The notes beneath the pieces are model-generated. The model searched no databases. It saw only the letters and a program-made list of their open reading frames with translations, and was not told where the DNA came from. From Chiloscyllium plagiosum (taxonomy: Eukaryota), in the NCBI RefSeq assembly GCF_004010195.1, contig NC_057751.1:1255141-1311610 (forward strand): a DNA stretch of 56,470 bases. Reading direction: 5' to 3'. The position numbers and the translations under genes were made by a program. Positions 23,928 through 36,387 of this stretch are shown in pieces (position 1 is the stretch's first letter; the number at the start of each line of letters is the position of its first letter).

Positions 23928-24368
23928 CCCCATCAAACACTCCCAGGACACAGCACTACATCCAGAGTAACACTCCCTCCACTCTTTTACAATGAAGGTA
24001 CAGTCTCCAAAATACTGTCCCCCATCAAACACTCCCAGGACAGGGACAGCACGGGGTTAGATACAGGGTAAAGCTCCCTCTACACTGTCCCCATTAAACG
24101 TTCCCAGGACAGGGACAGCACGGGGTTAGATACAGGGTAAAGCTCCCTCTACACTGTCCCCCATTAAACGTTCCCAGGACAGGGACAGCATGGGGTTAGA
24201 TAGAGTGAAGCTCCCTCTCCACTGTCCCCCATTAAACGTTCCCAGGACAGGGACAGCACGGGGTTAGATACAGGGTAAAGCTCCCTCTACACTGTCCCCC
24301 ATTAAACGTTCCCAGGACAGGTACAGCATGGGGTTAGATACAGAGTAAAGCTCCCTCTACACTGTCCC
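23928..24368. repeat. ~69-bp tandem repeat (ctgtcccccattaaacgttcccaggacagggacagcacggggttagatacagggtaaagctccctctaca), 5-6 copies
   Basis: ctgtcc recurs at 24085, 24154 and onward. Confidence 0.92.
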
Positions 24369-24927
24369 ACCAATTGTTCCATTTTGCCCTTGATAGTATG
24401 GCCACACTCCATGTGAAGTGCCTGTTTTCAGAGTTTGCCCTGGGCTTGGTTCTGGCAGCGCGGAGCTCTGAGCACTGACTGTTGGTGCTACATGGATCAG
24501 ACTCCAGTTTTGACTGAACTGTGCCACCCATTCCTCAGGATAATCCAAATATTTTCTTTTCATTGAAGTGGCCTTTTTTTGCCGGCAGTGGAAGTGCAGA
24601 ATTTGAATAAATAATTTGACAAAGATCACCTTTCACTGCAATTTTCATGCTGTTTATACAGAAAGTATTTCCAAATTCAAACCATTGTACCGTCCAGTCT
24701 CCAAACCTGGGGAGATGAAAATCTCTGCTGCTTGATGCACCAACAAACAGAAAAATGTCAAAACACACCCGAGTGCTCCAACACATGGCCCACACAGATC
24801 TCTAACTCTGGGTCAGACACTGCTCAGTCACCTGAACATTCAGCCCTTACTCTAAACCAGGGTCGATTCAAACCAATTCCACACAACGTCAGGACAATTT
24901 CCCAATCAGACCTGGGAGTGAACAACA

Positions 24928-25821
24928 CAGTCGGAGGGTCAGTGCTGAGAGAGCTTTACCCTATATCTAACCCTGTCAGAGGGTCAGTGCTGAGGGAAAT
25001 TTACCCTATATCTCACCCTGTCAGAGGGTCAGTGCTGAAGGAGTACTGCACTGTCAGAGGGTCAGTGCTGAGGGAGTGCTGCACTGTCAGTGGGTCAGTG
25101 CTGAGGGAGCAGGCGCTGTCAGAGGGTCAGTGCTGAGGGAGTGCTGCACTTTCGGAGGGTCAGTGCTGAGAAAGCTTTACCCTATATCTAACCCTGTCAG
25201 ATATAGGGTCAGAGGGTCAGTGCTGAGGGAGTACTGCACTGTCAGAGGGTCAGTGCTGAGGGAGGGCTGCACTGTCAGAGGGTCAGTGCTGAGGGAGCAG
25301 GCGCTGTCAGAGGGTCAGTGCTGAGAGAGTGATGCACTTTCGGAGGGTCAGTGCTGAGAGAGCTTTACACTGTATCTAACCCTGTCAGATATAGGGTCAG
25401 AGGGTCAGTGCTGAGGGAGTACTGCACTGTCGGAGGGTCAGTGCTGAGGGAGTACTGCACTGTCAGTGGGTCAGTGCTGAGGGAGGGCTGCACTGTCAGA
25501 GGGTCAGTGCTGAGGGAGGGCTGCACTGTCAGAGGGTCAGTGCTGAGGGAGCAGGCGCTGTCAGATGGTCAGTGCTGAGAGAGTGATGTACTGTCAGTGG
25601 GTCAGTGCTGAGGGAGTGCTGCACTGTCGGAGGGTCAGTACTGAGGGAGGGCTGCACTGTTGGAGGGTCAGTGCTGAGGGAGGGCTGCAATGTCAGAGGG
25701 TCAGTACTGAGGGAGTGCTGCACTTTCGGAGGGTCAGTGCTGAGAGAGCTTTACCCTATATCTAACCCTGTCAGAGGGTCAGTACTGAGGGAGCAGGCGC
25801 TGTCAGAGGGTCAGTACTGAG
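24928..25821. repeat. Compound minisatellite, ~33-bp unit (gtcagagggtcagtgctgagggagtgctgcact) interspersed with a gagctttaccctatatctaaccct variant
   Basis: Direct periodicity with variant middle segments. Confidence 0.93.
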
Positions 25822-26974
25822 CCTGTGCCTCGATAAGGCCTGAGGTACGTCATTCCCGAAACGCTCCAAGGAAGAGGCTCTGGGCAGGGCTGTGCTCCAA
25901 CCAGCTGACATTTCTCACTTGCAGTCAGTGTGCAAAGGAATGTCATAAAACTGTCGACAGCCCCTCGCTCTCTCCACTTGTTTTGGCATCAGATTAAAAA
26001 GGGAATAATGTCTTTGAACTTGCAACTGAGGCAAAACGTTTGCTGGAAGATTGGCCCAGAGTGACACTTGGATGAATCCATTGCTTGAAAACATATCCAA
26101 ATCTGCTGGAATCCATCAAGGATGTGGGAGATATTGATAACAGCTGGGATTCCAGGACAGTTCAGGAGCCAGGCAGACATGTACTCAATATCCACAATGT
26201 TGGGAAAGAGCTGGGCTCTGGGACAAAAGAGAGCTGACCGGCCTCATTTCGTGATCCAAGGTGGTGAGTCAGTCTTTCCCTCATCATTCTCTCCTCTCTC
26301 TGACATTACATTCTCAACTCAAAAGGGAAAAAGCTCTGCATTTATATAGCACATTCATGGACTCAGGCTGTTCTGAAGCAGGATCCAGCCAATGAGAGTC
26401 ATTGCTGTACAGTGCAACAGAGAGCTCCTCTTTCTGCTCCCTGCTGATTGGGGGTTAGATGTTAGCTCCGAGCACCAGACCATGAGATCACAGAGCTGCT
26501 CCTCACTGGGTATAGGTAGCACAGTGTGGGTGGAGTTAAAGACATCCAAGGAAGCCTGTGAGGAGATCAGCAAGCACTGAGCAACTGAGTTTCTGACCAA
26601 TGGCGGACACAGAGGAAAGCCTGATGTCTCCCTGACCACTGTGGGTTGGGGAATAACAGACAATGTTAGAGACAGGCCTCAGGCTGAAGACAGAACTGCC
26701 CCCCTCCCCTCCCGCCTCTTCCTTTCTCCCTGACCAATTTGTGTCAGCTCACCAAAAAAGCAACAGGCCGGCCACGTCCACCCACATCCCCAAAGAACAT
26801 AAGGTTTACAGCCAGTCAGCAACTGTGCTCCTCATGACTGGAGTCACATATGACCACAGCAGGAGGAGTTGGGTGAATAACACAAATGAGACGATTCAAT
26901 ATCGGAGCAGAATTTGGCCATTCAGTCCACCAACTCTGCTCTGCTGTTCAATCATGGCGAATTACATCAAATCA

Positions 26975-27225
26975 TCAGAAGCAGGCCATTCTGTCCATCC
27001 AGACCACACCAACCCTTGAAGAGCATCCCACCCCGATCCACCCCTTACCCTATCCCTGGAACCCTGCATTTCCCATGTCTAATCCACCCTAACCTGCACA
27101 TGTTTGGATTGTGAGAGGAAACCCACACAGACACAGGGAGAGTGTGCAAACTCCACAAAGACAGTCGCCAGAGGGTGGAAACGAACCCCAGTCCCTAACA
27201 CTGGAACAGCATTGCTAACCACTGC
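26975..27225 (-). mobile_element. Diverged HE1-like SINE
   Basis: Contains cacagacacagggagagtgtgcaaactccaca and ...cattgctaaccactg, as in 19866-20188. Confidence 0.78.
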
Positions 27226-28322
27226 CGAATAAGATTCGCCTTCATCTCGCCGTAACCTTTGGCCCCCTGACTAACCAACCAATTGGACTTCCCAGCAGAC
27301 TTGCCCATCATTCCTAACTGGTGTCAATGATCAGTTTTCCCCAATTCTGTTTCACAGCTTGGCCGTGGTGGCATTTGACCTCCTGTGACCTCCAGCCTGC
27401 TAGTCAAGCAGAACCCTAATCCATCCTGACACAAAGGTCATTCTCCACATGAGAGGTGAAGGTATCCCTTACTAGCTGACCACTCACTGTCAAGTCGCTG
27501 GCTGTGAACAATGTCTGAAAGGTCAGTCACTGGCTAATTCTCGTTGTGGGAGCACAGGACTGTCTACTGAGCAGTCCCTCGCTCACAGGCAGACGCTGCA
27601 GCCAGGAACTGGCTCTCCTCATTTCACAACAATCTTTCAGCAAGGAGCCTGCTCCAGTCCGATCAAACCTGAGACACAGCCCTGCTTTTACTGCAGCTTC
27701 AACAAGTGACACATCCCAGGCACAGGAGAGAGGAACCAGTAAAAATCCACACCAGAGTGCTGAAGGAGCTCAGAGAGTAGCTGTCAACACAGACAACAGA
27801 CAGGGTCCAGGGGTTTCCAGGGCAACTGAACAGCTAGGGAGGAGTACAGGGGCTAGTGAAGGGTACAGAGATACAGAGGGGGGTGTCAGGACTGGAAGAG
27901 TAGACAGTGATCGGAGATTGTGATAGGCTGATCTGAAAGTAAATGAGTAAATGCCTGACAGAAATATCTAACTGAACTGAAATACAAAGCTGATTTTCTG
28001 ATCTGTTTGAATTGCTTCCTACTGCTGTCTGTTTCTGAAGGATAGCGTTGCTGGAAAAACACAGTAGGTCAGGCAGCATCCGAGGAGCAGGAGAATCAAT
28101 GTTTCGGGCAAGAGCCCTTCATTAGTAATGTACTGACATGTTAATAAAGAAAGCTCACTCAACCAGTTTCTGCAGTACCAGAGAGATCAAACAAAAAAAT
28201 CTTCTCTCAATGTTCTTTCTTGCACTCATCAGGACAAATGCAAGAATGCCAAATTCCAAAAGGTGTTGAAAAGTGTGGTGCTAGAAAAACGCAGCAGGTC
28301 AGGCAGCATCCGAGGAGCGGAA

Positions 28323-28360
28323 GGATCGACGTTTCGGGCATAAGCCCTTCTTCAGGAATG
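28323..28360 (-). ncRNA. Minimal type I hammerhead ribozyme motif (opposite arm)
   Basis: The reverse complement reads cattc-CTGAAGA-A-GGGC-TTAT-GCCC-GAAA-CGTC-gatcc. Confidence 0.72.
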
Positions 28361-28576
28361 AGGCTGGTGTGCCAAGCGGGCTGAGGTAAAGGGTGGGGGG
28401 GGGTGGGCGCTGGGAATACGCTGGGAGACTGGGAGGAGTGTGCAGTGCGTCAGTATCACTGTGAAGCAGACCGGGGGAAGTGTAAAACAAAAGGTTAAAA
28501 AAAAATTCAGCGCCGCTCCCCCAAATTCCCCCCACTCCCCCTACCTTTTATCTCAGCCCGCTTGGCACACTAGCCT

Positions 28577-28614
28577 CATTCCTGAAGAAGGGCTTATGCC
28601 CGAAACGTCGATCC
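28577..28614 (+). ncRNA. Minimal type I hammerhead ribozyme motif (Penelope-type)
   Basis: attc-CTGAAGA-A-GGGC-TTAT-GCCC-GAAA-C-GTC-gat. It has the CUGANGA and GAAA cores, a 4-bp stem II, a palindromic ACGT in place of stem III and a GUC cleavage triplet. Stem I is short and imperfect. Confidence 0.72.
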
Positions 28615-29589
28615 TCCTGCTCCTCGGATGCTGCCTGACCTGCTGCGCTTTTCCAGCACCACACTTTTCAACTCCGGTACTCCAGCATCTGCAGCCCTCA
28701 CTTTCTCCAAATTCCAAAAGGTGCAAGGATTTATAACGCAGGTGAAAAGGAGTCACCAATCACTGTCAGGTCATGGACAACAATGGCCCTCTGAAAAGAC
28801 TGCTATTTTTGTGGTTTTTAGAACTATCCTGTCAAAGAAGTAACCTGAAACATCGGGATTTCCGAGGATGGCTGAATAATTTGAAAGTCTGTGATTGGAT
28901 ACATTCTGTGTAGCTGGGGTTTCCAGTGATGGGCAGGCAACCTGGAGTTGAGGGATAGTTTTCACATGATGCTGGCTGGTGTGGTCATGGGCCCTGCCCT
29001 CTGTATCCTCACAGCCGTGTGACTGTTCGTCAGGTTGCTGAACAGCGTGACAGAGAGAAGCTAGTCAGACCATGAGAGCAATCAGCCAGTCTGCAGGAGC
29101 TGAACTCTCTTCCTGCTCAACAAGAAATCACTTCAAATCCTTGCTTTCAGCAGATGCTGCAAGTGAGGAGTTTGGAATTAGACAAGTCCAAGATGATTAA
29201 GCAGTGACACAGCCACCCTGTGCCTATCGCAAACTGTGGAAGCATTCGGACAAAGCAAGGTCAAGGAGAAATCTTTGGGTCAGTAAGATCCAGGCCAGGA
29301 GACGATGGAAATAAAGGTGATGGGAATGATCTCCCAGTTTTCCCTCCAGCAGGGGTTTTCAGTTTTAACTTGGTTGAGATGATTTCATTTTGCTTCGCTG
29401 TTGCAAGAATCTAATGCCCTGCAATAAGTGGTTATTCTTGCTCAGTACTGTATCCCAGTGCGTGGGCTCTATCGGCCCAGGGTCAGAAACCAGCCAGCCT
29501 GGGGATTGCATACATTTCTTTTCAAACTCGACTATTTGTGTTGACTCTGGGAACAGAGGGCCATGATTTCTAGTGTGTTCGCCCCGATC

Positions 29590-30960
29590 AGATCATAGAA
29601 TCACCACAGGCTTTATACTACAGGGAGAGGCTGTTCGGCCCATCGTCTCCTTACCAGCCTCTTCAGACAAGCATCTTTACTGAGTAACAATTTTCTTCCC
29701 TTTCTCCCAAATCCCTGCATACCATTTCAATCCAAATAACCATCCAAGACCCTCTTCAATGCCTCAACTGAACCTGCGTCCATTCCATTTCCCTGACCCT
29801 ATCTGTTTGCTGAGTTCAACGTTTTCTCTTACACTATCCTCGCTTTCACTCTGGAGCCCTCTCGTTCTTGTTCCTTTCCAAGTGGGAACAGTTTCTTTCT
29901 GCCCAGCCTGCTCATGAGTTTGAAAACCTTTCTCAAATCTCCTCTCAGCCTCCTTCTCTCTATCTCCTCTCACCCTCCTTCTCTTCATCTCCTCTCAACC
30001 TCCTTCTCTCCACCTCCTCTCAGCCTCCTTCTCAAGTCGCTCCATCTCCTCTCAGCCTCCTTCTCTCCATCTCCTCTCAGCCTCCTTCTCTCCATCTCCT
30101 CTCAGCCTCCTTCTCTCCATCTCCTCTCAGCCTCCTTCTCTCCATCTCCTCTCAGCCTCCTTCTCTCCATCTCCTCTCAGCCTCCTTCTCTCCATCTCCT
30201 CTCAGCCTCCTTCTCTCCATCTCCTCTCAGCCTCCTTCTCTCCATCTCCTCTCAGCCTCCTTCTCTCCATCTCCTCTCAGCCTCCTTCTCTCCATCTCCT
30301 CTCAGCCTCCTTCTCTCCATCTCCTCTCAGCCTCCTTCTCTCCATCTCCTCTCAGCCTCCTTCTCTCCATCTCCTCTCAGCCTCCTTCTCTCCATCTCCT
30401 CTCAGCCTCCTTCTCTCCATCTCCTCTCAGCCTCCTTCTCTCCAAGGAGAACATTCCAAACTTCTTCAACCTGTCCTCATCCCTGGAAAGACTCCTGGAA
30501 ATCCCTCCTACACTCTCTCCAATGTGTTCCCATCTTTCCCATAATGTAACACCCCCAGGTGGACACATTCCTCCAGCTGAGGTCTAACAAGTGTCTTATA
30601 CAAACTCGCCATCACCTCCTTGCTCTTGTACTCGCTGCTGTTATCTCTAAAGCTGAGAACACTGTCTGCTTTACTTACTGCTCTCTCCACCTGTCCTGCC
30701 ACCTTCAATGATCAGGTCTCTCTGCTCCTGCAGTCCCTATTTTAGATTGTCTTTCACGCTCTTCTGAGCAAAGTGCATCATCTCCTGCTTCTCTCATTAC
30801 CACCCAGCCACCCACTTGACCAACTTGTCAATGTCCTTTTGGAGTTTCACACAGTCCTCCTCACAGTTTACAATTCTCCCAAAGTTGCTGTCACCTGCAA
30901 ACTCAGAAGATGTCCTCCACACACCAAGATCCAGATCATTCATAAATATCAACCCCCACT
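29590..30960 (-). mobile_element. CR1 LINE 3' region with an internal 25-bp tandem expansion
   Basis: The - strand encodes LYKTLVRPQLEECV and FSLERRRLRGD, with the 3' tail near 29590-29645. Confidence 0.85.
29935..30443. repeat. 25-bp pyrimidine-rich minisatellite (ttctctccatctcctctcagcctcc), about 20 copies
   Basis: Period 25; the sequence lines at 30061 and 30361 are identical. Confidence 0.96.
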
Positions 30961-31284
30961 CTGGGACCCGATGGCCCTCACTCTCAAGTGCTGAAAGAGA
31001 CGGCTACAGAGATTCAATTAATTGATGGTGCCTGAGATTGGAGGGTTTCAGAGAGAGAGAGAGAGACAGAGAGCGAGAAGGATACAGAGAAACTGGCAAC
31101 GACTGAGCTGGTAGCCTGCTGTCAGTCTTCAGGAATATCAATTATGAACAATGTAGAGAGTCAGTTTAATCAGGTCATTCTCATGTTGTGACCAGTCAAC
31201 TACTGCAAGGATCAGGGACTGGATCCCAGCGGATCCCCATCTCTACTGGGTCTCAGCTGGAACGTGAGGACAATACAAATCAGC

Positions 31285-31529
31285 GAGGAGAAAGTGAGGA
31301 CTGCAGATGCTGGAGATCAGAGCTGAAAGTGTGTTGCTGGAAAAGCGCAGCAGGTCAGATAGCATCCAGGGAACAGGAGAATCGACGTTTCGGGCATAAG
31401 CCCTTCTTCAGGAATCTTTTCGGGCGTTTCGGGCATAAGCCTGAAGAAGGGCTTATGCCCGAAACGTCGATTCTCCTGTTCCCTGGATGCTGCCTGACCT
31501 GCTGCGCTTTTCGAGCAACACATTTTCAG
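31285..31529. mobile_element. Penelope-derived hairpin insertion with back-to-back hammerhead cores and a 14-bp TSD
   Basis: About 31322-31411 is the reverse complement of about 31440-31530. The flanking direct repeat caatacaaatcagc is at 31271-31284 and 31530-31543. Cores lie at 31380-31415 (-) and 31441-31472 (+). Confidence 0.88.
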
Positions 31530-34500
31530 CAATACAAATCAGCTTCAGGGGGATTGAGACTAACTGAGGGGATGAACAAGATCATAGCAGATGGAAGAGA
31601 CCGTGGGGAACTGTGACTCCATCCAGTCCTCGTTGCTCCAGCCAGAGTATTTCTGAAAAAGGGGAGATGTCTCAAGGGGACCTTGGTGTCCTTGCACATT
31701 CCTTGCAGCTGCATGTAAACAGCAAGTTAGCCTTTGTCACAATGGGATCAGAGTAGGCTGTCTTCCACGGTTCAGGTCAGTGCTGAGGGTGAACCAGGAG
31801 GACTGTGTGCACTTCCACTTCCTGGACTCAGAGACTAATCATCGAGAGGTGTGGAATGGGTTCCTCAGATTGATTTCTGGGACAGCAAGACTGTCCTTTC
31901 AGGACAGGAAGAGAAAGCCTGGGCCCATATTGATTATGAGAGGTGATCTAGAATACAGAGGCAGAAAGGGAGACACAGAGGGGATGCACACAGGATGTTG
32001 TGCCACTAGCTGTGGGTTCTCTAACCAGCTCACACAGTCCAATGTTCCCTGTCACTGCCCAACCCTGAGGCCAAGGTGTGACAGCACATTCTGGATGTTG
32101 GAGCCATTCATTGCTGTGTTCATGTACAAGTTCAGAGGCTGGGCAGTTTCAAGTGAACACTGCCTCAGAACAAGGGGCAGGCTGTTTTAGACAGTGATCC
32201 AGAGGAAGTGCACCATTCAGAGCGTGAGCAATGGTTGGAAAGCTCTCTCCCAGAGAGCTGTGGAAGATGTCAAGATGGAGATTGTGAGATTTTGAGTTGC
32301 TCGTGAATCATGGGAATTTGCGTGCATAGTTGGGAAAGGTGAGCAAGCCCGAAGAAGGATAACAGGGCAGGTTCGAGGGGCTGAATAGCCTCTTCCTGTT
32401 CTGATGTTCTGCCCTGTGTTGATACAGTGGAGCTCACTCCCTGGTTTACCCTCCCTCTGCACTGTCATGTTGTGTCATGGAGCAAGATACTGCAGTATGC
32501 TGTCTGCGTACCACAGGGCTGGGGTATTTCCAAGGCTACACCATCAGGGGGTAACTCTGTGCTGGTCAGCCAGTTGACAACACTGCCCTCTCAGCTCTCC
32601 CTCACAGCCAGACCCAGTGACTGTGTTTTCACCACTTGGTGACAGGCAGAAGGTTCCTCTGACAGACTGGCCTTGGCTGGGCCTCAGACCCATTAAACAC
32701 CAAGTCAAGCACAAACAGTGACTCTTTGCCAACATGCAACACCACGCAGATGATTGGCTATGCTCTGCACCGATCCACAACAAACTTCCAGTCAGATGTG
32801 ACGTTAATGAAACCATATTTTATCCCACTTATATTTGATACATGCGACGTAACTCAATCCAGATGGATTATCCTGCATTTTAGATCATTCTTTTTAAATA
32901 TTTAATCTTGATCTCATATACTACAGAGCAAGTAAATCTGGATTTAATGTAACCCACACTTCACAAATACACATTGAGAAAGCCCAGAGTTCTATCGTGC
33001 GGCACTGAATTCTGTCCAAACCTCCCGTTTATGAAACTGAAATACAGATTGGATCTTCTGTTGTGTTCAATAAATCACCATTAATCAGAGCAGCTCTCAC
33101 TCCTTCTGGCCCTGATACAAAGCAGGCTGGGTTGGAAAAGATTCATATTCTCGCTCAGCCCAATGGCTCTGTTGATTGGCCCATCAGCCCTTCAGCTCAG
33201 GCTCAAGTGTAAACTTCCCATCTTCAGGTTGTAGTCACTTTGTTGTCACTCAGCCACTGATCTCCTCCCAGTTTCTGACCTCCACCTCCTCCTACACAGT
33301 AAACTCCAAGGTTTCAGTGGCCCTACCTCTGTCAGTGAACACCCCACTCGAGGAGGGGCTCAGCAAAGGGCAGACTGTCACGCTGTGGTGGAGGGGAACA
33401 GGGTGCGTGGTCCAGGTCAGGGAAGGTTAAAGCAGCCTCAAGTCTCACCAGCCAGTGGCGCTGGGCTACTGTACAGGGTCAGCCTGCATATCATCATGAT
33501 CATCACTGGAAAGATAGAATCCTGCAGAAATACTTCTCAGCACTTCTCCAGATGCTGCAGAATTTGCTTTGACCCAGGTAGGGGGGTGGGGGGGGGGATG
33601 TGAGCAGTGAACAGGGATGTCACACTGGAAGTCAGTTTGGTTCCAGCCTGTCAAAGCCATCTCCAAAATGACATCTCAGCCAAGTCATACCTTCGGAAAT
33701 CAGTATTTCCTATAAAAACCAAAGCTGGAGCCACATCAGTAAAAACAGAGGATTTCGGAAGATGGCGTGAATTACTTTTTAGGACACAAGTTGGATCTGG
33801 TCTGACCTGACTCAAAGGCACATGCCCAGAGACTGAAATAGTGGAACAATGAGACAGTGGGATCCTGCTATTCATCCGGTACTGGAGTTTCTCTGAGCCT
33901 GTTTGTCTCTCACAGACTGAAAAGTCACCTCAACCCAAAACGTTAGCTTTCTCTCTCTCTCTCTCTCACTCTCTCTCTCCATGGATACTGCCTGACCGGC
34001 TCTGATCTCCACTATTTATCACAGATGGAGGGACTCAAATGGTTTCTCACTGTCCAAGCAGCCATTACCTGTTTAGCCAAGGGCACTGGGAGGCTGAACA
34101 AGCAGACTGTATCCAAGTGGAGGTGGAATCAGACATGCCCATATCTCCCGACTCTCCATCAGTGCTGTACACACTGATGCAAGTATAGTACCCTGTCCCC
34201 ATCCAAGCCCTGAGCCGTGCATAGTCTCTCTCCCTCACTATAACACACTGCCTCATCAATGGCCCAAAGCTGAGGGATCCACCTGTGCACAGAATGGCAC
34301 CAACCATTCCCACCCTTCAACAGCGAGTCTGTGTAAAAGGCTGTGAAATCCTCTGGGAAACGGGGTGCAGGCCGCATCTCATTACCATAGGGACAGCCTG
34401 TACCTCATCCAGTCATGTGCCAAGTCTCATTGGATCCCAGGGTGAGGGTCTCTCTCTCTCTCCCAGCAGTGGGGAGTCTAACTGTGAACCCTTGCAGAGC

Positions 34501-36354
34501 GAGGTGATCAGCTAGGGCTTGTTGTCCTAAGAGCAGGGAAGGCTGGGGAGTGGGGAACAGGACTGAGCTGGAGAAGGCTATGATGGGCTTAGATGGCAGA
34601 GATTGTTTTAGCAGAGGGCACAATAACCTGGGGGCAGTGGCAAGGAGCAGGGTGTTTAGAGGTGATTTGAGAGAAAAAAAAGTGACCCATTTTATCTCGA
34701 ACTGTTTCTCTCAAACTCTCGGTGTGAGACGATGGGAGAGGCAGAAACCCTGGAGTGATGGAGGAAGGACTGAGATGATCACTTGGACTGCCGCACTGTA
34801 TGAGGGTCTGGGCCAAATGCTAGAAAACGGAATCATCTCCGTCCTGGCCCTCCAACAGTGCAGAATGTCTTCAGTAATGACTCTCCCCAGACCAAGCAGA
34901 GTTCAGTGGGTGGGGGAGGGTGGGGGAGCAGCTTGTGTACAAACTGTATTGCAGAGTGGACTGAAATCCTGTTGCTGACAGTGTGTTCTTCCAGCTCTTT
35001 AATCTATCAGTAGTGAACAGTCAATCCTTTATGCAGCTGATGTGGGAGCTGTGTTTACACTGCACCCGGTTCCATTTACTAGATAAACCACTCTCGGACC
35101 TCAGCACACTCACTCTATTGAATCCTCGCAGCAAGCATAATATTTGGAATGGTCTGGAGGATTTCTGTCAGGAATGAGTGGTTAGAGTTTTAGATGTGGC
35201 TGACTGGATTGCTCTCCCGAGGCTGGCTGTGCATTTGATTCCCTGCACCCGCCCCCCACCCCTCCCCACCACATCTTTCCTGCAAAGCTAGCAAGGCAGC
35301 TTCCTTACCTGGGCAGTGCACTTTCTGAGACTCAGGAGCAGGAGGGAACATCATTCCCACATCTGCTCCCCAGATGGCCCTCCTGCCCCTGAGCATGTGA
35401 TCTGGGCAGTACCGTAGGGTGTGTCCCCCTCTCAGGCAGCTTCACAGAGCGAGCAGAGGAGTTCTGCTCTCCCATTCCCTTGGGCAATTAAAGCAGGCAC
35501 TTTGGTCACTCGTTCGTGTGGGATCGTGCTGTGCCTCCATTCCAGCAGTGACTGACACACCATGGCTGGTGTGAAACACTAAGGGTCAGCCAGTGACTGT
35601 AAAAGCTGTGACAGAGATAGCTGAAGTCTCACAGGCCCCAGGGTTGAGCCCATCTGTTTGGAAACGGACACAAGTGCAGTCAGTGTGGTGTGCAGCTGGA
35701 CGTCAGGCTGAGGGGTTCTGTCAAGATTGGTCATGGGAGCTGAGTTACTGTGTCAGGCCCAGCTCCTTCAGGGCAGACAGGCTGCAGACAGACTTGGGAG
35801 TTTTCTGAGGAAGCTGTGCACAAACCTTCCTGGTGATCTCTCAGAGGCTGCCTGCTGTGCTTTCCCTGCTCATGAGTGTGGTGTGTGACAGCCTCCTGGC
35901 TCCCTGGACACACTGTGAACACACACAGGGCTGCTTCTGCACTCCATCACTGTGGGGTCAGACTGCAGCCTCCCAGCAGGTCAGTGCAGGGACTACTCCA
36001 GCCTCTTTCCATCTGCAGCCCTCCCCAAGAAGCTGCAACTGCTTTCTGTAGGGGGTGGCACACAGAACTCCCCTCCGTACAATCAGCCACTGCTTCCCCC
36101 CACTTCCCCCGAACCCACGTTCCTCACTGGTCATGGTGCAAGCTCCTTCATGGGGTCGATGAGACTGCATCAAGCTCAGGGCTGAACGGCCTTTTCAGGC
36201 TCCTGAGCCTAGGGGCCTCCCTTCTTCAGCAGAGACACAAGGGACAACCTGTATTCCCATTGCATCCAAACCCACAGGGCAGCTCATCATCACTGCTGCC
36301 CCATGTCTAACAACTGCATGTCCCACATACTACAATGTGACAACACCAACATGG

Positions 36355-36387
<33 letters not shown>

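Larger units (their letters stand above)
28266..28706. mobile_element. Penelope-derived inverted-repeat (hairpin) insertion with two hammerhead cores and a 15-17 bp TSD
   Basis: Arms at about 28266-28400 and about 28530-28672 are near-perfect reverse complements. The flanking direct repeat ccaaattccaaaaggtg is at 28249-28265 and 28707-28723. Confidence 0.88.

Noticed and set aside
28200..28240. Additional CTGATGA on the - strand next to the 28.3-kb element
   Set aside because: There is no clear stem II or correctly spaced GAAA; it is too degenerate to call a hammerhead.
29868..30587. Ser/Leu/Pro-rich ORFs of 239 and 211 aa
   Set aside because: They arise from the stop-free pyrimidine-rich 25-bp repeat on the antisense strand of a LINE.
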